The translations under genes and the position numbers were made by a program. From positions 1 through 64,000 of the forward strand of contig JYFJ02001418.1 of NCBI GenBank assembly GCA_000934665.2: 64,000 nucleotides of DNA, given 5' to 3'. Source of the DNA: Catajapyx aquilonaris (lineage: Eukaryota). Shown one piece after another: positions 37,379-49,467 of the stretch. Position 1 is the stretch's first letter; each line of letters starts with the position of its first letter. Below the pieces are notes generated by a model. It had not been told where the DNA came from. It worked only from the letters and a program-made list of their open reading frames with translations, and did not search any database.

Positions 37379-40300
37379 TTACTTCCCCACCGCATTGGTT
37401 GACGCCTTCTGCCCGTTGGTTAGATGCAACCTACAGAAATTATGTTTTGTAATTTATTGTACGCACTAATTGCGATCGGGGACTTACCCGTCTCCACCAG
37501 CGAGATTGCCCGCTTCTTTCTTGATCGCATTTCCGGGAGTCACCGAGTCAAGTCCGAACTCAGCAAGCGATCGCAATGCATTGAACGCCGCCTGGAAAGT
37601 ACCGGACACGTTACTTACCCAGCCTTCGAACTAGTACGAAAAGCGGCTTACCCTGTCATGAGAAGCGTCGGTGGTGGGTCCGGACCCATGCGACACCTGA
37701 GGAGGATCAGTCGACAGCGATACCAAGCTTAGGTACTCGCTCCGGTTACCCTGTCGAAATCAGGAACATTAGCGTCGCATGTCCTGGAAATATCTTTCCT
37801 GCTCACCTTTGGGAAGTCCGTGAACTGCACCTCGAAGTTGAGCAGCTGTGCGAGGTAGAGCAGCTGGTCTTTCGGCCCCACAAACTGACTCTCGCCCTTT
37901 TGCGAAGGGGCGGACGTTCCGTTTCCGGTCGGTTGCGGAGCTTGGATTGGAGCCGAGTGTGACGGGGATGCGGTGGGAGTCGGAGGCTGCGCTGGGGTCG
38001 GTATGGGCGTCGGAGCGGAGGACGTTGGAGGAGACGAAGCCGATTGGATCTGCCCCGATTTGAGAAGTGCATCTGCTGTGGGCGAGGTGCCTCCGTTCAG
38101 AAGCTCCTTTGCAATAGTGGCTGTCGTCTGGAGGCTGACCAGTGGGGCCGACCCGATGTTCATGGCTGACGGAGGCTGGATAGATCCGCCACCGGGAGGC
38201 TGGTAGGACTGGATGGATGCGGAAGAAGAGTGACCCTCCGGCATCAAGAGGAGGCCAGGGACTAGCTGGCGGCCACCACTGCTGCTGCCTCCGACGCTCG
38301 TGCTTCCGACTGAAATGTCAGATTTGTCCTTCCCCGGAGCTTCCTCCATGAACGTCACCTGGAGGAATAAACAGTCGTCAAAATAACCAGTACTGATTAG
38401 GAAGGAGGACGAAAAACGACCTCCAACCTGGCTATGGCATACCCGGTGAAGCAATTGGCATCGTTGCTTCAACAAATGTATGCAAACGACACTTTCACTT
38501 CGAAACATTAATCGCATCAAACAGACATCGCTACTTTCCAGATATGCGCTAACTTTGTACAAAATGAGCTCTTCGTAAACCAGATTCGATAACTTCGTAC
38601 GAATCGCAACTCTTCGTAAAGTGACCCATATAAGAGTCGTAACACGTTGAATTGCAATGCCTGTACATTCATTGTAAATTACAATACAATTACTAACATT
38701 GAGGCTGATTACTACAATATTTGACGGCTAACAATCCTTCACTAACTACAAAAAGTGTCGGCTAGTACAACATACATAAAATTTGGTTGTTAGTTGGCGG
38801 CTTCCTTACCCATTATAAATCGAGCGGCTCGGTGAAAATTTTTGAATACATTTTTGCACTCGATGCACAATTGTTCTCAGTTGCGCTTTTAATAATTACT
38901 GTTTCGAATGGTAAGCGACATTATCCGCTTCGTTGCACCAAGCCACTCGCAAGTAACGACTTAAAAAGGCGACCATTTACCTTCCTGGCTTTGTCTACAT
39001 CTGGCCCCCCTTCGTTTCCCTTCATGGCCGTTTTCCCCGGCTGTGAAGTAGTGTGGGAATACCCCATCATTTGCAGGAGGGCCTCGGCCGCAGACCTCTT
39101 TGCCAGCTTTTTGTTCGGACCTGTTCCTGTTGTGCAATGTGCTCCAACCGTGACCTAATCAAACAGCAAATGGTCACAGGTCTTACACTTAACGTACTTA
39201 TTGCATAAAAATACGGGACACAAAAATTCACCTGCATCACAAACTCCCTACGCCGAGGCATTCCCCTCTCGGCCAATAGCGAGTACACAGGCTCCTTTTC
39301 CTTCTTTGCCTGCTGGATCTGGATGAGTCGTGAAATTGGATTGATCCCTTGGGGGAACTCGGCAGTCGGTGTTTGCTCCTGCGCAACAAGGAACAAACTC
39401 GACTTTAGGGCTCGGAATTACAAAAGAGACCTGCCAACTCACGTACAAACTACTCGTAAATTAAACCACACAATGTGAATCCGCACGCTTTAAAGTAAAA
39501 GGCCAGATAATTTTTAATTAGCTGTACGTACGATGATTAAAACGTAAAACCTAATCGCAATTTAGAAAATTATTAAGCGATAAAACCAATCAGCTTACTA
39601 CAATAATCGCTAAAATGAAAACATTCCAATTTAATTCCCATAAAAATTAAAACAACATTAAAAAATGTGAATCTGCAGGCTTTTTTTAAAAAAAATTGCG
39701 CATAGTTTGAACCAAGTGCATTCGATAAAACCTTACTAATTAAAACCATTTTAAAAAACTTAACGACCTGTCATGCTAATGAGCTCTTGAAAAATATGGT
39801 GCTGGGTAGGGAGCCAAAAAAAAAACGCTATTTAACTACAATACGTTTAAAACCTCTGCCCCATGCCATACTAATTGTTTGTTTAAAAAATTGGAGCACA
39901 CACACATAAAAAAAAGAAACCAACCAACTAACAAACAAACAAAAATTTTCCACTCTTTAAATGTCGCTCGATATGTAATTTTAATGAAACAAATAAGATG
40001 GGGGAAAAATATGAGGCGGATCGAACCTTAATGAGATTTCGTGACTTCTTTTTCGTCGTGCTGGGTTTCCTCTTAATCTTAGTGACCGGCGGAGGTGGAA
40101 GTTGCGGAAGCTTCTTCAGTTCCTCCAGCATCTTCTCGGCTGCCCGCTTTTTCGACACTTTCTTCCCGTTTCCTTCCCCTTCGGTTATAAAGTCTCCTAC
40201 AGTGCACTGGGTTACAAAAGTACGCATGTGTGGCGGTCCACTCTCACGAACCACTTCGAAATTCACTGAAAAGTTGCGTTTCAGGGCCACTTCGTGAACC

Positions 40301-42686
40301 AAAGATATGGGAGACTTGAGGTCCGAATTGGCATCGATATCGCTGTCGTCACCTGATAAAAAAGAAAATGTCTGTGAGCCTCTCTCGAGTAATTTTAATA
40401 GGTGCTGGATTGTACCTTGATAATCACAGTCTCCGTTCTCAACCGAGTCGGCTTTTCCGTTCGGAACTGGCATGTCCCTGAGGCATCTCAGTGCTTGGGA
40501 TGCTGCGCTGTGTCGCGCCGCTTGAGGCGTAGGGCCCTCTCCTACAAATTCCTTCTGGCCGACTCGCAAAGTCACTCGGAACATCGGAGGATATCCACCC
40601 TGCTTCCCGTATGCATAGCGCTGGAAATAGTAACAAAGACGGTCAGCATTGCAAATCATACATCGTGAAAAAAATGGCCATCATCCGAGAACCAAACAAG
40701 CCACATTCACAAGTACACGTTAGGCAAAACAAGCGACCACTCGCACTAGAAGAAGAAGTAATGAAGTTTTAGTGAAAGCATCGGAAGGGTCGGAAGAAAA
40801 AAAAGAAGTCCTCTCCTTACCTGTTGGGTAGAGAAGTCCCCAAGGCGATTTGGAGGCCGATGAGGGGCAGGAAAGTCGTAAGAGAACATGGGAGGAATGC
40901 TTCGAATCTACACGTCCAAACGTCAACAAAAAGTAAAAGAGGCAAGGAGCAGAGGAATGAAACGAAATAAATGAATTTAAATAATATAAAGAAACATAAG
41001 CAATAATATTAAAGATCGCAATTGGAAAATTGTGTCGCATCACCAATTGTGCCGGACAATTTTCCCGCGCTTTTTTGTGCCGAACCCCATTAAATGCAAC
41101 TTTGCGCCGAACATAATTGCGCCGCATTTTCTTGCAAAATGTTTGGCTGCAACTTTCCAATCGGATCTTCAATTTTTTTTTTAAACAAGTGCCGATACTC
41201 GAGAGAATATATTACATTCAACTGAACTGATCGGAACAGAGGAAGCAAAGAGTACACTAATTACATGCACTCATTCGTAATGTATCGCAAAATTGTGCAA
41301 AATGGCGTTCTTTTTATTGAATCATAACATGCAGAAAATATTTTAACAGCGACTCAAACGTACACTGAAAAAGCAGGTATTCTTCAACAATTTGTGTACG
41401 ACATTGCCCAAGTACATATCCCCGAAGCGACCTTCTTACCTGATTGTACATTCCACGGAAGTTGAAGTTTGGTGCAAAGTACGGCCCGGGACGAGGCGGC
41501 TCGATAAAAGTGTACACAGCCAGCTCTCCTCGCTTCATCGCAAGAGCGTTAAGTTCAACAGTCGGCGTGATGTTACCTTGAAACCCGCAAATAATTAGTT
41601 GAGTTCAACGACCAAATCGGCATGACTTACTTCGACCTCCAGGTCTGTTTTGCGCTTGCATTTTCGGCGGCGGATGTTTGTATGTCGTCTTTTCAAGAGC
41701 GATTGCCGCTGCTGCATGTTGTGCTTTCTTAATGCTGGGTCCCGACGCTGTGTACTCTTCTTCGCCTAATTTCAGCGTGACGGTGAAGGTTCGCTTGTGG
41801 GCCGGACCCGACTCCTGAGTTAAACGATACTGATGTTGCACCTGTCGGAAGAATCAGTTTGAGTTTGTCCAATCGCATGTTGTGTGTAACGTGTACCTTG
41901 TTGTATCGTGCCAGCTCGTTGATTAGGCACATGGGCGTCTTCTCCTTCGCACTTCCGATGCTGGGACTGAGTATCTGAGAATCAGACGAGTTGGATGAGG
42001 AGATAGCACCGGCGGTGGAAGAAGACGGCCCGTTTTGAGTGCCAGGCAGTGTAGGAGAGACTGCTTGAGGCGGCTGAGACGAGGCTGCGGCAGTGGGTTG
42101 CGTCTGCGGCTGCGGGGAAGCCTGAACATGCTGACTCGACTGTTGCGCTGAATATGACTGTGAATACTGCGACTGCTGGTACCCGCCTGACTGGTACCCT
42201 TGACTCGAGTACTGCCCGTACTGTTGCTGCTGGGACGAGTGGTATTGCGGCTGCTGGTGGTGCTGTTGGTGCTGGTGGTGGTGGAAGGAAGACTGCGGCT
42301 GCTGTTGGAACTGCTGTTGCTGCTGTCTGGGCTGCGACACCTGCGACGTCTGCTGCTGGTAGTGGTACGGTTGCGGATGCTGAGTGTGGGATGGGTACTG
42401 GGAGTGCTGCTGATGTTGCTGGTGTTGGTGGTGGTGGTGGTGAGGCGCGTGGTGGTGGTACTGCTGCTGCTGGTAGGACGTGGCGGTGGGCTGGCCGTGC
42501 TGGGACACCCCGTCCACACCATCGGCTGGTGAAGAAATTGTTTAAAAGTTAAGCAATCGAAGTGGCGGCAAATTGTAACGAACCTGTCGCAGCCTGCAGT
42601 CCCATCATACGCGGTGTCCCTGGAGGCGGACGTTGCTGGCTGACCAGCCCGGGCTGCGGCACTCTCGGCATGGGGACCTGGGCCAT
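37379..42686 (-). CDS. stau: Double-stranded RNA-binding protein Staufen (multi-exon)
   Basis: dsRBD1 [33 protein letters not shown]; split dsRBD2 [15 protein letters not shown]...[13 protein letters not shown]; dsRBD3 [15 protein letters not shown]...[16 protein letters not shown]; dsRBD4 [40 protein letters not shown]; dsRBD5 [23 protein letters not shown]. The start ATG at 42686 is inferred; stop at 37379-37381. Confidence 0.95.
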
Positions 42687-44309
42687 CCTGTAACCACAAG
42701 TGTTAGCCATAATTAAAATACACTTCGCCATAAATACCTGTCATAACCCCAAAAAAATTGCACCATGCGGAAATACACTAAGAGCTCTTTTTCCTGAAAA
42801 TGACCGTTGTACATCTGACTTGACCCTGACACTTCAGATCAACGTACGAATCTGTGCGCACGAACAGAAAATGACAGTCGCACTGTACCTGAAGGAATAG
42901 CGTCCATTCCACATGGAGAACATTCTAAGCTAAGTTCGGCTTGCAATTGCGTCTGGCGTTCAACAACTGTGCAGCTCCAACGGCACTATGAAGAGGCGTG
43001 CTCTCCGCACAAGTGCAACTGCGGTAACCATAGCTACGTCTTCCTCTCTCATGTCGTGAAAGGCTATATCGTTCGACCTATGTCTTTTGAAGACTTCTGG
43101 GAAAAACTGCCCACATGTCAAAAAATGTCAAAAGCAGCTTCTGAAAGGATTCGTCTGCAGCGCTTTTGAAACACATTTTATTCTTTAGCCAAGCTGCAAT
43201 GAATGGAGATCTTCTTGAATGGTTATTTTTGGTAACACGTAAACAGCATGCAGTGTTATTAATAGTCAATAGTGCAATCAGATAACTACCGGGATTGAAT
43301 AGGCTGACCTGAGATGAACTCCCAACTCCCACAAATGAACCCAATTGCGACAGATTTTGGGTGGCCAGGATTTTGGGTGTCCTGTCTATTCCGGTACTGA
43401 ACGAATTATTCATTACGATGAAGCTAAGGGAACACGCACTGTTCGTTAGCACCTGTTTTTATCCGCACGAATAAAACAAAGGCAAAACGAGACCAATCAA
43501 CCTGACCTTGACGTAACTGCAGTATTTGTTGCTGGTACATTTTTAGCACCTGCGCAAGTGGAGATGTATCCTGCGCTTAAACCAAAATTATCAACAGATC
43601 ATGTACACAATGCAACAAATAAGTCGTAACCTTGGTATGTGCTGCAATGGGGAGAAACACCAAATAAACTAGTCTGTACCCAAGATCTCATAATAGTCGG
43701 TGTAGGACTGTAGGTCACGTGTGAAACTTTGCAGCTTCCTACACATTCAAAGGATTTCCGTACGCCCAAGTTGAATGAAACTGTACAGTAAATAGGGCTC
43801 TAAAAATGTCGTTAATACCCCCTTCACACAAAAGGCAACATGACATTAACCCACTTTCTTACAATGGGGATTATATCATTCTTTTTTTTTTTAAAGATGT
43901 GACAAACGGTTAAGCCACTTGCAATGGTACGTCTTTAAGTTTGCAAGAGAAGCATTTGTACATGAACACGCATTACAACTACTGTTACAATATGATCTAT
44001 CAGGTGAAACAACCCCGCAGGCCCGACAGTCTTATTTACACTCCTGTTTACAGATCACACGAGAAACTGGGCCGGTAACTGGTCCAATTGGACATAAACG
44101 ATGGATTTTTAACCAACAGCTCCTCCTCTCCCGGTCAGCTACACTCTGCAACTGAAGCGGACTGGTTCTGGAACCGGAAAGGGGTAAATCTCTCGGCAAT
44201 TGTTCATACAACGGACCTGGGAAAAGCCGGACTTGGCGCCTTATACTGTGAAACGGACTTGATGAGTGATTTACCCCTTGGGAACAGGCCCATTTCAATC
44301 GCTTAATGT

Positions 44310-46275
44310 CCGCGTGGCAACGGAACATAACATAAAAGAGTACCAACTGCCTTCACATTGTTCTTACTCTCTCTCAAGTTGGCTACACTCTACGAAGTGG
44401 ACCGGTTCTAGAACCGGCCCACTTTGATAACTTCAGTGTCCACATGGCAACGGAACACAGTAGTGCCAATTCGCCAATGTTCTTGGTCTTTCCGGGTTGG
44501 CTACACTCTACAATGTGGACCGGTTCCGGAACTGGCCCAAATGTTCATGTCCACATGGCAATGGAACACAATCGCACCAAGTGCAGTAATAACAGTCCTT
44601 GGTTGGCTGCAGTGTCTGTCCCCCCCCAGCAACCAAAGTGGACCAGTTCTGAAACCGGCTCACTTCTATAGTTTATGTCTGCACAACAACAGAACCACAA
44701 TTATAGTGCCAACAGCCTTCGCCACTGTTCTTACTCTCCCTGGTTGGCCCCAGTGTCCTCTCTAGAGCCAAACTAGATCAGTCCTGGAACCAGCTCACTT
44801 CTATCGTTTGTCTGCACGACAACAAGAACACAGTATAGCGCCAACCGCCTTCACAGTTGTTCTTTCTCTCTCCGGGTTCTACAACGTTGACCAGTTCTGA
44901 AACCGGCCTAATTATTTGAATGGCAATGAAACGGAACGCAATAGTACCAATACAGTGATAACAGTGCTTGGTTGACTACAGTCTTCCGCAGCAACCAAAG
45001 TGGACTGGTTCTGAAACCAGCTCACTTTGATCGCTTATGTCTGCACGACAATGGAACACAGTAGTGCCAACCATCACTGTCCTTACTCTCACCGTGTTGG
45101 CTACACTCAGCAAAGTGGACCAGTTCGGGAACCAGCATACTTCGAAAGCTATGTCTGCATGACAACGGAATGCAGCAGTGCCAACCACATTAACTGTTGT
45201 CCTTACTCTCTCCGGATTGGCCACACTCAGCAAATTGGTCCGGTTCTGGAACTGGCTCACTTCTATCGTTTATGTCTGCATGACAACGGAACGCAGCAGT
45301 GCCAATGTCTGCATGGCAATGGAACGCAGCAGTGCCAACCACATTCACCGTTGTTCTTAGTCTCTCCGGGTTGGATACACTCAGCAAAGTGGACCGGTTC
45401 TGAAACCAGCTCACTTCGATCGCTTATGTCTGCACGACAATGGAACACAGTTGTAGTGCCAACCATCACTGTCCTGTCCTTACTCTCACCGGGTTGGCTA
45501 CACTCAGCAAAGTGGACCAGTTCGGGAACCAGCTCACTTTGAACGCCATGTCTTCATGGCAACGAAAAGCAGCAGTGCCAACACCATTCACCGTTGTTCT
45601 TACTCCCTCCGGGTTGGCTACACTCAGCAAAGTAGACTGGTTCTGGAACCAGCTCACTTCCATCATTTATGTCTGCACGGCAATGGAATGCATCAGTGCC
45701 AACCGCATTCACCGTTATTCTTAATCTCTCAGGGTTGGCTACACACAGCAAAAGTGGACCGGTTCTGGAACTGGCTCACTTTTATCGTTAATGTCGGCAC
45801 GGCAACATAATGCAGCAGTGCCAACCGCATTCACTGTTGATCTTGATTTCTCAGGGTTGGCTACACTCAGCGAAGTGGACTGGTTCTGGAACCGGCTCAC
45901 TTCCATCGTTTATGTCTGCACGGCAACGGAATGCAGAAGTGCCAACACCATTCACCATTGTTCCTACTCTCTCCGGGTTGGCTACACTCAGCAAAGCGGT
46001 CCGGTTCTGGAACCGGCTCACTTCCATCGTTTATGTCGGCACGGCAGCGGAATGCACCAGTGCCAACCGCATTCACCGTTGTTCTTACTCTCTCCGGGTT
46101 GGCTACACTCAGCACAGTGAGCCGGTACGGGAACTGGTTCACTTTGAACATTTATGTCTGCAGCATGACAACGGAACGCAGTAATGCGAACCTTCTTCCC
46201 CAGTGTTCTTACTCTCCCTGGTTGGCTCTCCAGTGTCCCTCAGAACCAAACTGGACCGGTTCTGGAGCCAGCCCG
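44310..46275. repeat. ~120-bp tandem satellite (roughly 16 degenerate units), each with a palindromic core, probably in a staufen 5'-UTR intron
   Basis: Unit approx. GGAACGCAGCAGTGCCAACCGCATTCACCGTTGTTCTTACTCTCTCCGGGTTGGCTACACTCAGCAAAGTGGACCGGTTCTGGAACCGGCTCACTTCCATCGTTTATGTCTGCACGGCAAC. A minus-strand donor CAG|GTGAGT lies at ~46330, just beyond it. Confidence 0.92.
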
Positions 46276-47858
46276 GTATGCATGCGGGGAGGGGGCCCCA
46301 CCCCAACTAAACAACCAAACGCAACTCACCTGACTCAGCGTCTCCTGAAGTGGGGGTTCACCTCAACCGAGAAAACCTGGACAATTCTTTATCGGTTGAG
46401 GCGACGAACGTGTGTTTGTATGAACGATGAAGTGACCCTCCCTTTTTCTTTCCCCGAATAAAAAAACGAGGGGGTCCCCTCCACAACTTCCTTCGACCGC
46501 AAAAACTTGGGTTCTTGTGGAAGTCGTGTTGTTGTAGTAAAAAGAGGGTCCGTTTGGAAAGAGGGGGAAACGGACAGTCAGGTTGTGGAGTTATGTTAGG
46601 ACAAAACTGGATGGCAAACAGCAAAGGAAAATAATTTTTTTTTTTTTTCTTCTTGGTTCCAGAACTAACTTGCGGCCATGTTGGTCTTGGAATCAAGTCA
46701 CATGACCCTTCCCTCCCTTCCCTCCCTCGACCAGAAGAGAAGAACACCGAAAATTTTGGAGAGGGGGAGGGGGGGAGGGGAAGGGGGGGAGGAACAGCGA
46801 AATAAATAGCATAGCTGCTGAACTACAAGGTGAACCGATAGTCCCGAACCATGGGTAATTTCGGGCATTGTTGTGGGTTCCCAGCTGTCCCAACAATAGC
46901 CAAAAATCGATGCGCGGAGGATGAGTACGGTGTTCGTGAAGGACAAGGTGTTTTAGTTACATCTGATAAGTCTGATAACCAACAAATTTCATTGACAATG
47001 TGTCGCGACGTTTTGGTCACCCTGTAGTTTAGCAGCTAAGTAGCGGCTCAAGTAGCAGCTTCATTTGATAGCAGGCTATCCACCGGGAAAATGCCGATTA
47101 GTTCATTTAAAATTTAGTTAATTAAAACAAAATCATTGATACGTACTACAGTGTATAGACGAGAATAATTACAAATTCGTTAATAGCGACACTTTTCAAC
47201 CGATTTAATGTACTTAAGCGGCGATGTGGCAATATGGCATTGACTGCAAGCGGCAACATTGTACAACATTTTTTTAAATACAAAAACTGGCTAATTTTAT
47301 TGTATACCAATTACGACCATATTTATGCACACTGTAATTATGTTAAATAATTAATATTCGTATTTAGAGCGAGTGCAGTCTGGCAACTGTGTTTCCAGAT
47401 GGCTGCCTCCATGGCCCAGATCCGGTTACGTTTAACCCTGGTTTAAGCCTGTTTTTTTTTTTGTGGCTCCAGTTGCTGGAGCTGGAGTCCTCCCTGGAAG
47501 GGTCAAGGGTCAAGAGGTGACCCAGCAGAGCAGAGGCCAGGGAGCTGGACTGGTGTGACCTTTTGACACATGAAGTTTGAATGAAGCGAAGCATATGGTG
47601 CGTGTGATATTATATGCACTGAATTATTAATAATAATTTTGCATTGTAAGTCATGCCTGGAGGAATACATGTAGAGATGGGGGTACACCTGATGAAGGGT
47701 AAGGTAATAAATAAGGGCTTCAATATTGCCCAGTAGGTGAAGAAGCCAGTCCTTCTCTCGTACAACAGGTATTATCGCTTCTACGTACGCGACGGTAATT
47801 CAAACACATTTTCTAATTTTTACAGTCCTGAACCGGCTGCAAAAGCGATGAGATCAGG

Positions 47859-49467
47859 ATGCCCAGAAAAGCGGAGCAGTTCTTGTCAGACCCTGTGTAC
47901 ACCAAGCATGAAGGATCGAACGTCAACGGGAAGGAGTTCATATGCGGATGGGGAGCCGCGTTTGTCAACATCACCCTCACATTTCCAATCAACAAAATCA
48001 TGTTTAGACAGGTATAACTCAGACAGTCTCTCGTAATCACATAATATAGAATTGGCTACGTGTGACTCGATCCCTACATTTCAACATGTGGCAATGCCAC
48101 AATAATGTTCGTTGCCCTGTGGAAATGCCACAGTAATGTTCGTTGGCCAGTGGAAATACCTTAATAATGTTTGTTGGCCTGTGGCAATGCCACAATAATG
48201 ATCATTGGCCCATGGCAATGCCACAATAATGTTCGCTGGCCTGTGGAAATGCCACAATTATGTTCGTTGTCCTGTGGAAATGCCACAGTAATGTTCATTG
48301 CCCTGTGGAAATGCCACAGTAATGTTTGTTGGCCCATGGCAATGCCACATTAATGTTTGCTGGCCTGTGGCAATGCCACAATAATGATCGTTGGCCCATG
48401 GCAATGCCACAATAATGTTCGCTGGCCTGGGGAAATGCCACAATAATGTTTTCTGGCCTGTGGAAATGCCACAATAATGTTCGTTGTCCTGTGGAAATGC
48501 CACAGTAATGTTCATTGCCCTGTGGAAATGCCACAGTAATGTTTGTTGGCCCATGGCAATGCCACAGTAATGTTTGTTGGCCTGTGGCAATGCCACAATA
48601 ATGTTCGCTGGCCTGTGGAAATGCCACATTAATGTTCGCTGGCCTGTGGCAACACAAATGGAGCCCAACAATACTGTCCGTTTGTGCCACTGCATATGAG
48701 AACCTGATTGTAACCATCTTGCCTTACAGATGCTGCATGGAATTCACTCCCAGAAGGCCATAAGCCAGCTGCGACATGAGGGTCTCCGCTTCCTGTACCG
48801 TGGGATCCTCCCGCCTTTATGCCAAAAGACGGCATCGGTCTCATTGATGTTCGGAATGTACGAGCAGTACCGAATTGCCTTTGCGACGCTGGTGCCTGTG
48901 ACTCGCTTGCATCCGAACGCCAACCGGACAGCCGCTGCATTCCTCGCTGGATGTACCGAAGCGCTATTGACTCCGTTCGAACGTGTGCAGACACTAATGC
49001 AAGACAGACATTACCACGGACGTTTCCGCAACACTGTTCATGCCTTTGGAGAACTGCGGAGATTTGGATTCCGCGAATATTACAGAGGGTTCCTACCGGT
49101 GCTGGTCAGAAACGGGTTCTCAAACGTTGTGTTCTTTACGGTGCGGGAGGAAACGATGCGCCGTGTCGGACACCCGGACGGTACATCCAACTGGTGGGAA
49201 GGTGTTGTTCGAGACTTTCTGTGCGGCGGTGCAATCGGGGCTGTAATCAGCACCATATTCTATCCGCTCAATGTTGTGAAGACTCACATGCAGAGTAAAC
49301 TCGGAGGAAGGTTCGAAGACATGGGGGAGACATACAGGGCGGTTGTTAAAGAGCGAGGCGGTAAGCCAATGAGTCTGATGCGAGGCGTGCACGTTAATTA
49401 CACTCGTGCGCTAATTAGTTGGGGCGTGATCAACGCATCATACGAGATGCTAAAAAGGGTGCTTTAA
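47859..49467 (+). CDS. SLC25A51: Mitochondrial NAD+ carrier SLC25A51/MCART1 homologue (intron 48012-48729; apparent 1-nt deletion at ~47950)
   Basis: EFICGW[G]AAFVNITLTFPINKIMFRQ|MLHG...LYRGILPPLCQKT..SLMFGMY...AGCTEALLTPFERVQTLMQD...EYYRGFLPVLVRNG...FYPLNVVKTHMQS...RGVHVNYTRALISWGVINASYE. Confidence 0.9.
48087..48652. repeat. 31-bp minisatellite (~18 units) in the SLC25A51 intron
   Basis: Unit TGTGG(A/C)AATGCCACA(A/G)TAATGTTCG(C/T)TGGCC. Confidence 0.95.

Noticed and set aside
37615..37651. Second strong donor (GG|GTAAGT) in a staufen intron as a microexon or exon extension
   Set aside because: Extension meets an in-frame TAG, and a microexon would need an intron of only ~20 nt.
41923..42699. 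Ser/Thr-rich and Val/Leu-rich ORFs overlapping staufen
   Set aside because: They are alternative-frame and antisense readings of the CAG/CAC-rich exon.
44310..46275. CRISPR-like array of palindromic repeats
   Set aside because: The sequence between palindromes is itself repeated (no unique spacers), there are no cas genes, and the context is eukaryotic.
44424..46461. Many Cys/His/Trp-rich ORFs on both strands
   Set aside because: They are translations of the ~120-bp satellite with frequent frame breaks.
48087..48652. CRISPR-like 31-bp repeats and ORFs 48258-48717
   Set aside because: The units are contiguous with no spacers. The ORFs are translations of the minisatellite inside an intron.
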